Below the pieces are notes generated by a model, which was not told where the DNA came from, did no database searches, and was given only the letters and a program-made list of their open reading frames with translations. Positions 53,046-64,000 of a stretch of 64,000 bases of DNA are shown piece by piece. The stretch's first letter is position 1. Every line of letters starts with the position of its first letter. Origin of the DNA: Eledone cirrhosa (Eukaryota); the NCBI GenBank assembly GCA_964016885.1, contig OZ024743.1, positions 53,072,001-53,136,000 on the forward strand, written 5' to 3'. The position numbers and the translations under genes were made by a program.

Positions 53046-53644
53046 CACACCACACATATATTTATAAATACATACACACCACATATACACACACACCACA
53101 AATGCATACATTCTTGTGCATATACAGGTATACATAGATACATACATGCATGCAATCATGTGCACATACATACATGTATATATAATACATACACTCTACA
53201 TTAGTGTTCATGTTGGTAGTTAAAATATATATTGAGAAGTGCCCTAAACAGCCAAAGTGAGCAATAAAATTATATCTGTATATATACAGAATGGGTATAT
53301 ACACAGAATGGGTAACCATGACTACGGTAATGTATATATATATGAATATACACGTTTATATGTAAATTAGTTTGACCATTTCAGAAAACTACTAAGAGTG
53401 ACTGGGTATATAAGCCTAGCAAATACATGTTTGTGGTTGTTTAGCTGATATACTTGCCTTTTGATGAAGAACCAACTAGGTCTGAAAATCAATCAAAGGT
53501 GCTTATCATTTTTTTAAATTTACCTGGAAATTCATATTTTCTGGCATGTTTACATGTCTACATATAAAAAGTGTATATTTATATATACATTGTCAGTCTG
53601 GGTTACCTACTCTCTATATTCAAATATTTATATACATATATATA

Positions 53645-53988
53645 TATTATTCAGAATATTAATAAATGAAGTCATTCACATAATCAAAATATATGTTTTA
53701 TTATATATATTTCGAAGGTACTGTGTTGTTTTTTCAGTATGTCCTCGTCAGATAAAATACATGAATTGATGCATGACATACCTCAACGGTCTTGATAGTT
53801 CAATTCCAGTATTGCCAATGCTGGAATTGAACTATCAAGACCGTCGTTGAGGTATGTCATGCATCAATTCATGTATTTTATCTGACGAGGACGTACTGAA
53901 AAAACAACACAGTACCTTCGAAATATATATAATAAAACATATATTTTGATTATGTGAATGACTTCATTTATTATTATTCTGAATAATA
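53645..53988. mobile_element. PLE-like fold-back palindrome with a hammerhead in each arm
   Basis: ~170-bp arms centred near 53815 (ccagtattg-c-caatgctgg); a single-copy tail continues to ~54070 and is homologous to 2580-2650 on the minus strand. Confidence 0.85.
53876..53937 (+). ncRNA. Minimal type I hammerhead ribozyme (mirror copy ~53696-53757, minus strand)
   Basis: ttttat-CTGACGA-ggacgtactg..cagtaccttc-GAAA-tatatata-ataaaa. Confidence 0.8.
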
Positions 53989-54164
53989 ATAATAACTGCA
54001 GAAAATAATATTAATAACTGGTGAAAACTGCTGTTGAGTGCTTTTAATCTATTGTAAAACTATATTCATTTAGAAATCAATGAACCATATTAATCTTTGG
54101 TTACATATATATATATATATAGATATATATATACACATATATATATTTATATATATATATATAC

Positions 54165-54229
<65 letters not shown>

Positions 54230-54313
54230 GAGGTTATATTTAATTTATTGGGATTCAACAAGCTTAAACATTTTTATAACTGATATAAAGCACTCAACAG
54301 TTTAGTGGAGTAA

Positions 54314-54665
54314 ATATACAATATATTAATAAATGGAAACTATATTTATAAAACCATAATTATTTTATTATATATATTTGAAGGGCGACCAAGGTCAATT
54401 ATGGTGTGCTTTCATCAGATAAAATACAGATTTGTTTTATAAATAAATATTGACATACCCGGAAAAAAGACAACCTCAACGGTTGAAATTTGCTGCAAAT
54501 TTCAACCGTTGAGGTTGTATTTTTTCCGGGTATGTCAATATTTATTTATAAAACAAATCTGTATTTTATCTGATGAAAGCACACCATAATTTACCTTGGT
54601 CGCCCTTCAAATATATATAATAAAATAATTATGGTTTTATAAATATAGTTTCCATTTATTAATAT

Positions 54666-54674
<9 letters not shown>
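54314..54674. mobile_element. PLE-like fold-back palindrome with mutated hammerheads
   Basis: ~180-bp arms centred on 54494 (gaaatttgc-t-gcaaatttc); ttttat-CTGATGA..cttc-AAA-tatatata-ataaaa lacks the G of GAAA in both arms. Confidence 0.82.
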
Positions 54675-54704
<30 letters not shown>

Positions 54705-55937
54705 GGAAACAACAAAGCAAACAGTACAGTACAATGGCGAAATATGTTAGATGAATGCTTGATCTTGTAAGAAGAGAATGTTTACGTTTTGGAGACTAGT
54801 CCTTCCTCAGAAGATAGTAAAAGATGGAATAGAAAGATAGTGAGTGAGAAGAGGAAGGAACACATGAGTATTCAGTCAGCCATTTTGGAAAGCGCTGGTC
54901 AGTGGGTATCTGAGGTATTAGAGAGGTTTTAGAAAGGGAGGTAATCATTGTATATTTTGAGTGGACATGTGTATGTATGCATGTGTGCGTGTGTGCATGT
55001 GTAGGTTTGTTCAAAGATTTGAAGGATAGGCATTGGACTATGACGGGGTTAGCTGCTGTGAGAGTGTCGAGATGTGTGCTTGAACTGATCAACATAAGAA
55101 GGTCTACAAATATGTATATGAAATTTTACATATATATACATACACATGGAAGCAGTCGCAAAGTGTTGTATAAAAAAGGAGGCAGTAACAAATATAATTG
55201 TAGCTTTATATATATCATTTCATGGTATGGCAGTAAGAGAAACTGCTTAGCTTTGGCTCAGAAAAGATTGTGGTATGACAAACAACTAAACTACTAAGTA
55301 TGGAGTCATTACGTAGAGTTGGATAGAGCTATGAGTGGTGGAGTAAATGTTGGGAAACATTCAATACTGACGGCCGCTACACTAGGTACTATGAGAACAC
55401 AGACAGATGTGATACAAGAACACTTGCATGCTCAAGCAAGAGCCCCGAGATGTGTGTTGGTGGTGTATATTGTTATATTTGGGCTGTGTTGGTGGTGTAT
55501 ATTGTTACATTTGGGCACGGTTATGTGGACAACATTGCCTATAAAAAACTGCAATTTCACATCAAGAATCTTGCGAAACAAATATATTAACATTTCCATA
55601 TGTAAGTGGATCTCTTTAACATGGTTGCGATCTTTGCACTATAGAAACTCTACACATTATTAATAAGAGACACCAGGTAATTAATAAACACTCAGACCTC
55701 TTTCAGACCTGAAGGCATAAAATATCTAATTCTTAGATTATATAGTTCACAAATTCCTTAGACAATAACCTCCACCCACACTTTAACATAATCACTAAAC
55801 TTAAAAAACTTTCAGCCTGTCATTGTGTAGTCATACTTGCCTCTCTTTCTTTGCTATGTCAACAAGCCCTAGAATATGAATTCAACACCAGAAGATAAAA
55901 TAAATAAGTAAGTAAATTATTCAGACTAATTCTTTAA

Positions 55938-56158
55938 CCCTTTAGCATTTAAACTGGCCATATCTGGCCAGAATTCTCTCACCTCTTTCTGTTCAAACCA
56001 GCCATAACTGGCCACTCATACCTACATTAAGGTATTGTTCTCAAAATAAATAACATCAAAATCTCATAGATTCGATATTATGTGAGATAATTGTGTAAAA
56101 TAAAGCCTTTACCACAAAAGTACAATATTATATATAGAGTAATGTAAATGGTAAAGGG
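55938..56158. mobile_element. piggyBac-like MITE
   Basis: TTAA-cccttta...taaaggg-TTAA: CCC/GGG termini with a TTAA duplication; second copy at 10270. Confidence 0.75.
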
Positions 56159-56319
56159 TTAAACAGGCACCACTTTCCTAAGTATATGTGTAGTGCCCAG
56201 CAGAATAGTCTTTTTAGGAGACAACTTAGGTTTGAAGGTCTATTTGCTCAATAGACCCTCTCAGTTTTAGTGGTATTAAGACAAAGACCCCAATGACAAC
56301 TGGAATTATTATTCTGCTG

Positions 56320-56660
56320 GGCTCAACTTTGCCTTTCGTCCTTCTGAGGTCAATAAAATAAAGTGTCAACTACTGTCATATTACACTTTCTCATCCCAAC
56401 AAAATTGCTGGCCTTGTGCTAAAATAGAAACCATTATTATTGGCAGTATCGGTAGAGGGTCAGACGCCATGCTTTGCCACATAGAGTTACGGCCCTTTAT
56501 GATCTGAGTTCAACCCCCCCCCCCCCCTGAGGTTAACTTTGCCTTTCATCCTTACGGGGTCGATAAAATAAAGTACCAGTCACGCACTGGGGTCAATTTG
56601 ATCGACTCCCCCCCCCCCCAAATTGCTGGCCTTGTGCCTAAATAAGAAACCATTATTATT
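56320..56660 (+). mobile_element. Two tandem SINE copies
   Basis: Same core as the SINE at 45444. Confidence 0.85.
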
Positions 56661-56924
56661 GCTGTTGTTGATGATGTTATCCTCCTCCCCCCCCCTCCCC
56701 CCCTCCCCCTCATCATCATCATCATTGATTGCTCCAGTTACTAGCCCAGTTTTCATGTAAACACAGGCACAAAATAGACCCCACCCTCTGTAAGTTGTCA
56801 CTGCAACAAACCTCCATCCCTTGTTTACAGTTTGTTTCTATATTTGGAAATTTCTGAAAACTTTTTGTGAAATATATCCTTGTGGTATTTAGTTACATCC
56901 ATTTTACGTCATCAGCATAATGTT

Positions 56925-59340
56925 TACATCTAACTTTCCATGCTTTCATGGGTTAAACAGGTTCTCTCCATCACAGCTTCCCTCCACTCATTGCCTTCCT
57001 TTGTCTCTTCTGTGAGCTTCAGCACATTGATATCAGTTTTTGCTTCTTCTGTCCAGGTTTTCCTTGGTCTTTGTCAAAGGCAGCTTCCTTCCACTAAGCA
57101 CCCTTGGTACTCTTTCATACAAAGTTCATCATTCATATGGAATCTGTACTACAAGAAACTGCATCACATTAAAATTGAAGTCTTTACTCTTATATTGTAA
57201 ATCTTCATAAAGATCTTTCCATGAATAAAGATATTTTAACATTAGAATTAACAAATCACATAATTTCTTCTCTAGTTTCTTCACAGATTTTGTTATCAGA
57301 ACCAGATTGCTGGCATACAAGAGTTCCCATGAACAACTTGTATTAAACTCCTCTGTTAAGGCCAGTAGAACTATAATAAACAGAGGTAGGCTGGGGATGG
57401 AGCCCTGATGAACATCTACTTACACATTGGAGTCCTCTCTAAACCCATTGCTTACTCTCAATTTACTAACAGCTCTTCTGTACATGGCTTGCACTGCTCT
57501 CACAAGCCATTCTTCTATGCCTAGTTTTCTTAAAGAACACCAGATGACATACTGGGGTACTCTGTCAAAAGCCTTCTTTAGATCAACAAAAACTAAATAT
57601 AGCTTTTGATATTCTTATCTAGGAACTTCTCTTGTAGTTGTCTGACTAGGAAGAGTGCAGAAAACCAAACTTCATCTCATCTAATTTGACTCTTTCCCTA
57701 ATTAGTTGTGTTAAGACTCTTTTTGTCACTTTCATTACCTGGTCCATTAATTGCTCCTTTTTAGGGAATCACCTTTTCCCTTGTTTAATTGATGAGTATA
57801 CTACTACACCAATCATTCGGTGTGACTCCATCTTGTACAACTGGATTGATTATGTTACCTAACTAGTTTGACATTTACTTCTCTAGAAGATTTCAGCATC
57901 TCAGCAACTATTTCTGATAGCCTGGTGGCTTTGCCATTTTTCAACCCCTTGATTACTTCTTTAACCCTATAACTGTCAATTTTGATAGCTGGTCCCCCTG
58001 ATGGGACAGCTGACAGTAATCTCTCTTCCTCCCACTCATTCATCAGCCTCTCGTAATAGCATTTCCAGGCCTCCTTCTTTCAGGTGTTTGTGATACTGAA
58101 TGCACCAGTGTCATTCTGTACATACTTTTCTCCAACAACGTCTTGGTTATTGTAAACTCATTGCTTAGTGATATGCAACACCTCATATCACCAATTTTCA
58201 TGTCGCAAGACATTGGAGCACCTCCTACTTTCAGCTTCTCTGTGTGTTATGTATACCTGTCATCACACTTCTCTTATAGCTACACAATAACAATCTTTAC
58301 TACCCCTATTACCCCATTCTTCTCATACCAACCTCTTTTCATTAACAGCTCTCTCACTCAGTTCCACCACCAGGTAACTCTCTATCTGGCTAGAGTTTTA
58401 CTTCAGCCACATCTCCTTCATAGCCTATAGTAGGTTGTTTAGTAGAAACTTCCAGTTTCAATTGTCCTCTATATCATATATGTATAACTCCTCCCTCTTG
58501 TCATATGCATCATATAGTGCTTTCCTAAATCTATATTTAACAGTCAGGTCCTTTAGCTTCCATACTCTCCTTCTCCATATTTTCCTCTGTGTCGTGTTCT
58601 GTCTTATTCTGATGTCACTAAAATCTAATTTATATTGTGTGGTGCATTCTTCTCCAGGGATGGATTATATTCAAAATCCTCTGCCTGTCACACAAGTAAA
58701 AAGTCAATCTGTCTTGTGCGTTTGCCTGATTGATAGGTGATCAGGTGGCTGGTTGGTTTCTTGAAATTAGTGATGCAAATAGTTCATTTGCATCACAGGA
58801 TTCTAGGAGATTCATTACCTCTTCATTTTTTCAAACCACAACCATATCCTCCAGTGTATCCATCCTGGTGCTGTCCATGCCTGTTGAAGTCGACAGGATG
58901 ATGAGGTCTCTGTCATTTGTAATGGAGGCTGTCTGTAAAAGTTGCTCATGGAAGTGGTTGTTTTGTCTCTTACATAGTCCTGCTTGTGGTTTATATCTTC
59001 AGATAATTGTCCTCATTCTATTGCCTATAACTATTCTGAATTTAATAATTCTTTCACTTACTCTAACTACTTTGTTTACCTTATCTTCTCAGCTAGTAGA
59101 ATGTCAACTCCACCTACTCCATCATCATTGCTGATACAGAAAAGCTTGTATCTGCGTAGTTTGCCTGTGAGTAGTGTTGTAGAGGTGCCTTGCTATCTTA
59201 CCTCTTGGACACAACATATGTCCACTAGTCTTCTCTCAAGTAACTCAACAATTTCATTTGATCTTCCTTTCAGGGTGCCCACATTAAGAGTGACAGCCCT
59301 GAGATGTGTTGCCTGACAGTGGTAGTTAGGTCACCCCCTC
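56925..59340 (-). mobile_element. Old RTE LINE with internal deletions (APE plus RT, many stops)
   Basis: Minus strand LRAVTLNVGTLKGRSNEIVELLERRLVDICCVQEVR (APE N-terminus) at 59.2-59.3 kb; FVDLKKAFDRVP, VHQGS and YASNL (decayed YADDL) at 57.3-57.6 kb. Confidence 0.9.
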
Positions 59341-59578
59341 ATAGTAGTGTCTCTCTGTACATTAAAAATTAAAGTTTTTACTCTAATACTACACATTTTC
59401 ACAACAATCTGTTCACTAATAAAGATACTATAAACATTTGAATTAACAGATATTTTCTGCTAAATTATTAGAATATCTTCACTCTTTCATTGCCATATTT
59501 CTAATGAAAGGCACTGACTACGATTTTCAAATAATTTTGAAATAATCATGAATTTTGAGTGATTTAGAAATATAACTA

Positions 59579-59765
59579 GGATTGGCAGTATTGGTAGAAG
59601 GTCGGACGCCATGCTTTGACGCATAGAGTTACGGCCTTATCATTCTGAGTTCAAATCCTGCTGAGGTTAACTTTGCCTTTCATCCTTACAGGGTCGATAA
59701 AATAAAGTACCAGTAATGTACTGGGTAATCGCTGGCCTTGTGCCAAAAGTAGAAACAATTATTTA
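59579..59765 (+). mobile_element. tRNA-derived SINE, apparently nested in a piggyBac-like MITE (~59480-59898)
   Basis: Same SINE as 45444. The host ends in aaaagggttaa, and its left part is the reverse complement of 46900-46995. Confidence 0.8.
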
Positions 59766-60324
59766 TTTATTGTTTGGAACATAACAAAGATTCTTACATA
59801 AAATTATAATGGAAGGCTTTTAGATAAATATAAACACTTTAAAGGTTTGTAGCTCAGAAGCAGGGTCAGTATCAAGTGGTTTGGTATCAAAAGGGTTAAG
59901 AATTTATGATATAAAATTGCTTGTTTTAAAAAACAAGCAATACACTCTATTTCAATTAATTAATGAAGAATTTCAAGGGATTTACTTAAATTATTAATTA
60001 TTTCATTCCAAAGATAGCAATTTAATGTAAGTTTCTTATAAAAAATTGTGTTGGAAATTGCAACATTAAAAGAATATATCCTTCTGAAAGAATCGCGAGC
60101 AATTTTTAATGTTATCTAAGCATTCGTAATGTTATTTATGTATATATTTAAAACTATTGCTATGTTATTCTACTGTAAATTTATTGAAAACGGAATCTAT
60201 AATGTTATTTACACATTTGTTATGTTATTTATGGATATATTTAAAACATATTTGCAATGTTATTCTAATGTAAATTTATACAACTGTAACAAATAAACTC
60301 AGACTAAAAGATATATATATATAG

Positions 60325-61887
60325 CTCCATTATCTGGTGGGCTCTTAGAAAACTAGGTGTTGATGAATGGCTTGTGAGAGCTATACAAGCCATGTATAAA
60401 GAAATAGTCAGCAAGGTTAGAATTAACAACGAATATAGTGAAGAGTTTAGCGTAAAACTTGGTGTTCATCAGGGCTCCATTCTTAGGCCCCTACTATTTA
60501 TTATTGCCCTTCAGGCTATAACAGAGGAGTTCAAGACCGGCTGCCCATGGGAACTCCTATACACAGATGATCTAACGCTCATAGCTGAATCAATGGCTGA
60601 ACTAGAGAAGAAATTCCAAACATGGAAGCATGACCTAGAATCAAAAGGCCTTAAAATTAACCTGTCTAAGACTAAAGTTCTAGTTTGTAGGAAGGAAAAT
60701 AGGGCACCGGTCCCATCTGGGAAATGGCCATGCTCAGTGTGTAGGAAAGGAGTAGGCAGAAACTCCATCTTATGTCCCAAATGCAAAGTATGGGTGCATA
60801 AAAGATGTAGTGGGATCGCAGGTAAGCTAACTAAGAATATAGATTTTATATGTGGCCGGTGCTCTGGTGCAATAAGTAGCAGCAAGTGCCCACAGAATAC
60901 ATTGCACAGATGGTTCTATAGAAATAGTGGACACCTTCCGTTACCTGGGTGACAAAATCAGCAGAGGTGGAGGGTACTCTGAAAGTACAGTAGCTAGAGT
61001 CAGAACGGGATGGAAAAAGTTCAGAGAGCCTATACCACTATGGCCGCTAAAGAGTTTTCTCTAAAAATGAAAGGCAGGCTGTATGATGCCTGCATACGAA
61101 CAGCAATGTTACATGGCAGTGAGACTTGGGCATTGTGTGCAGAGGATATATGCAGACTGGAGAGGAACGAAGCTTGCATGCTCCGCTGGATGTGTAATAG
61201 TAATATATGTGAACGGCAAAGCATAAACGAACTAAGGGAGAAATTAGGAATAAGAGGAATCAGATGTTGTTTACTCGAGCGAAGACTACGTTGGTATGGT
61301 CACGTGATGCGCATGAAAAACGACAGCTGTATAAAAAAGTGCAGGGCGATAAAAATAGACAGTAGCTATGGAGTAGGCAGACCCAGAAAAACCTGGGACG
61401 ACTTGATAAATTCCGACCTCACACACTTACACCTCTCCAAGACAATGTCACTGGACCGAGATCTTTGGCGCTACACAGTAATACAGAAGACACACCTTGC
61501 CTAAGTACAAAGCGAAACCTACAGTCAGTAGGCACCTCTAACAAAAATACACCCCCGTCCCACTACCCCCACCCCATCCACACCACCCCTTTCAATGTAA
61601 AGTTATGTTGGTACCACAACATCCAGTCCGAAACAAATGAGGTCATGTAGGTGTCACGACAAAAAAACACACAGTCCATGCTGTAATGTAGCCGTGTAGG
61701 TAACATGGTAAAAACCTCCCAGTCCACACTATAAACGGGGTTGGTGTTAGGAAGGGCATCCAGCCGTAGAAAACCCGCCAGACAGTCCTATACGAGCAAG
61801 ACAACCAATCTTGCCTCAAGTGGGAAAATTCCCGTCCAAACCCATGCAAGCGTGGAAGTTGGATGTTAAACGATGATGATGATGATG
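60325..61887 (+). mobile_element. RTE-clade LINE, 5'-truncated, frameshifted
   Basis: IIWWALRKLGVDEW..GVHQGSIL..LLYTDDL..; MLHGSETW..ERRLRWYGHVMRM..GRPRKTW; (GAT)n tail; same family as 48588-50143. Confidence 0.95.
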
Positions 61888-62223
61888 ATATATATATATA
61901 TATTGAAAACATTTTAATTTAAATTGGAAACCTTGGTTTTATTTCATAGAATCAGAGCCATTTTTGGCCAGGCTGGTAACTAAAGGGTAAAACTAAATAT
62001 GTTAAAAAATTCTTGCATTTATATTTCATTTCTTTAATCTTGTTTTCTTTTTAAATATTTTTTATTCCTGTCTTTTTCCAGTCGTCAGAAAACTTAACCA
62101 AAACCCGAAGAACAACATGAGAAGTGACCACCAAAGGCCCTAGTGTTACTAATGATATTCTCTGTCCTTTTCCAATCAGCTTTGAGTTGATTTTAGTAAC
62201 ACCAGAAGAATAATGATGTAAAA

Positions 62224-62965
62224 ATGGATGAAAACTGCAACAAGGAATCAGCCAATTCTGCCTCATCCTGTGAAAACCAATCTCTAACGGAACATAAGGA
62301 TGTCGATATTTATGACACTGTACCTATGAAGTACCAAGAAAGTGGGTCACATTGTGATGCCATTCTTTCTGATTCTTGTGATTTTATTTCACCACATTTG
62401 GGACAATCTGACAATGGCAGTATTGGTTCACTGCCTCTCATAGATTCCAACAAAGTCTATGTTAATCCACTGCATCTGGTAGACTCTCATAATGATAATA
62501 TTGCTTCTCTGCCTCAGGTAGACTCTTACAATGGTAATGTTAGTTCACTGTCTTTAATAGACTTATCATCTACCTATGGCAATACTCAATCTGAAACAGT
62601 CAACCAGACTGAAGAAAACATCTATTCCCTCCCATGTAATGATCAACAACAACCTTATCTGATCCACTCTCTAAAACACAGCCACAGTGAAAGTGCTTGC
62701 TCTGACATTTCGACGATACAAAAAACAAATTCAGATTACTATTACAAGAGTAGGGACTACCATACTTCCAAAGACTCATTGAGTTTGGAACCTCTGCTGG
62801 ATAATGATTTTACCAGCATTCAGTCAGAGAATTTGTATGATACTGTGAATGCGCAAAGCAAGGAAACTTCTGGTAGACCCACGGAGAAAATCAATGTAAA
62901 TTCAAGGAAAAGAATTTTCCACAAAAAGAAATTAAGTAAGAAATGGAATTTGTTCAGAAAATCCG
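62224..62965 (+). CDS. Probable first coding exon of a host gene: Ser/Asn/Asp-rich disordered N-terminus with Tyr motifs, product unknown
   Basis: 247-codon non-repetitive ORF. Polypyrimidine acceptor ..tctttttccag at 62081, in-frame TAA at 62197 before the ATG, donor cG|gtaagt at 62966. No transposon motifs. Confidence 0.7.
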
Positions 62966-63059
62966 GTAAGTGGTTTATGTTTTTTTTTCTTTCATAATGG
63001 TAATAATAGGTACTCAGTAAAATGGTTGACAACTTATGATGACTTATCTAATCCTGGTG

Positions 63060-63290
63060 TCATGATAAATTGCACCCGGCACACTCTGTAAAGTGGTAGC
63101 GCTCATGTCACAATAAAATGCACTCAATACACTAAGTGGTAGTGTTAGTGCTATGATAAAATGTATCCAGTACATGGTTGTATATTAGAAAGGGTACTCA
63201 GCTGTAGAAACCATGCTCAATATGGAACGTATGTGTAAGATAGGCTTCTCCAACCAGTCTCACTGCAGTCCATGACAACCTGTCCAACTG
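63060..63290 (+). mobile_element. Decayed SINE/RTE-tail fragment
   Basis: gcacccggcacactctgtaaagtggt..ttagaaaggg..cagctgtagaaacc resembles the RTE tail at 61.73-61.78 kb. Confidence 0.55.
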
Positions 63291-63296
63291 TGTCTA

Positions 63297-63732
63297 TGTG
63301 AGAGAGAGAGAGGGGGTGAGAGAGGGGGGAGTGTGAGAGAGAGAGGGGGGAGAGTGTGAGAGAGAAGGGGAGGGAGAGAGAGTGTGTATGAGAGGTGGAG
63401 GGAGAGAGAGTGTGTGAGAGAGAGAGGGGAGGGAGAGAGAGAGAGAGTGTGTGAGAGAGAGGGGGGAGTGTGTGAGAGAGAGTGAGAGGGAGGGAGGGGG
63501 AGGGAGAGAGAGTGTGAGAGAGAGTGTGTGAGAGAGAGAGAGAGTGTGTGTGAGACAGTGTGTGTGGGTGAGTGTGTGAGTGTGTGTATGTATGTGTGTG
63601 TGACAGTGTGTGTGTGTATATATGTATGTGTGTGTGACAGTGTGTGTGTATATGTATGTGTGCGTGACAGTGTGTGTGTGTATATGTATGTGTGCGTGAC
63701 AGTGTGTGACTGTGTGTGTGTGTGTGTGTGTG
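63297..63732. repeat. (GA)/(GT)-rich compound microsatellite
   Basis: Direct reading. Confidence 0.93.
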
Positions 63733-64000
63733 AAAAACGTCTGTCTTAAAACAAAAAGCTTATCTTTTATTTTTTTCCTTTCTTACCTGAAATCTTGTGA
63801 AATGACAATTTCTTCTGAATTAACTAATTTATTTTTGGCAACTCCTGTTGTAAACTGGACTGATGTATGTATTGGTGTATTGTATCAGTAACAAGTGTTA
63901 AGTAACACATTCACATGACTGTGGTACCATCATCATCATCAACAGCACCACCACTACCACCACCACCCCTCTCCACCACCACTACCACCACCACCACAAC

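Noticed and set aside
53457-53499. Additional hammerheads (also ~54780-54815 on the minus strand, and ~11143)
   Set aside because: Core bases are mutated or missing (TTGATGA, AAAAC, or no GAAA half); probably decayed relics, so not called.
48588-61887. The two divergent RTE copies as arms of one large inverted structure
   Set aside because: They truncate within ~50 bp of the same point, but differ at many synonymous sites and have different frameshifts, so they are best read as independent insertions.

Overview
AT-rich, repeat-dominated animal DNA. The repeat families look like those of octopus/cephalopods; this is recognition, not a database result. About 29 kb is two adjacent tandem arrays, each apparently grown inside a retroelement. 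One is a 29-bp array (13.3-22.6 kb, ~320 units) running into a tRNA-derived SINE. The other is a 51-bp array (23.4-43.3 kb, ~389 units) whose unit is 17 codons of an L1/Tx1-type LINE ORF2, which resumes on both sides. The giant ORFs over that array are a by-product of the unit and are not called as genes. The rest holds microsatellites, SINEs, RTE, CR1/L2, Tx1 and mariner relics, piggyBac-like MITEs, and one probable host coding exon (62.2-63.0 kb). The most notable hidden signal is a dense set of Penelope-like (PLE) sequences carrying minimal hammerhead ribozymes. Most are head-to-head fold-back palindromes, including a 2-kb GIY-YIG palindrome. There is also a 310-bp tandem hammerhead dimer resembling a retrozyme. 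Coordinates were counted by eye and boundaries of decayed elements are approximate.
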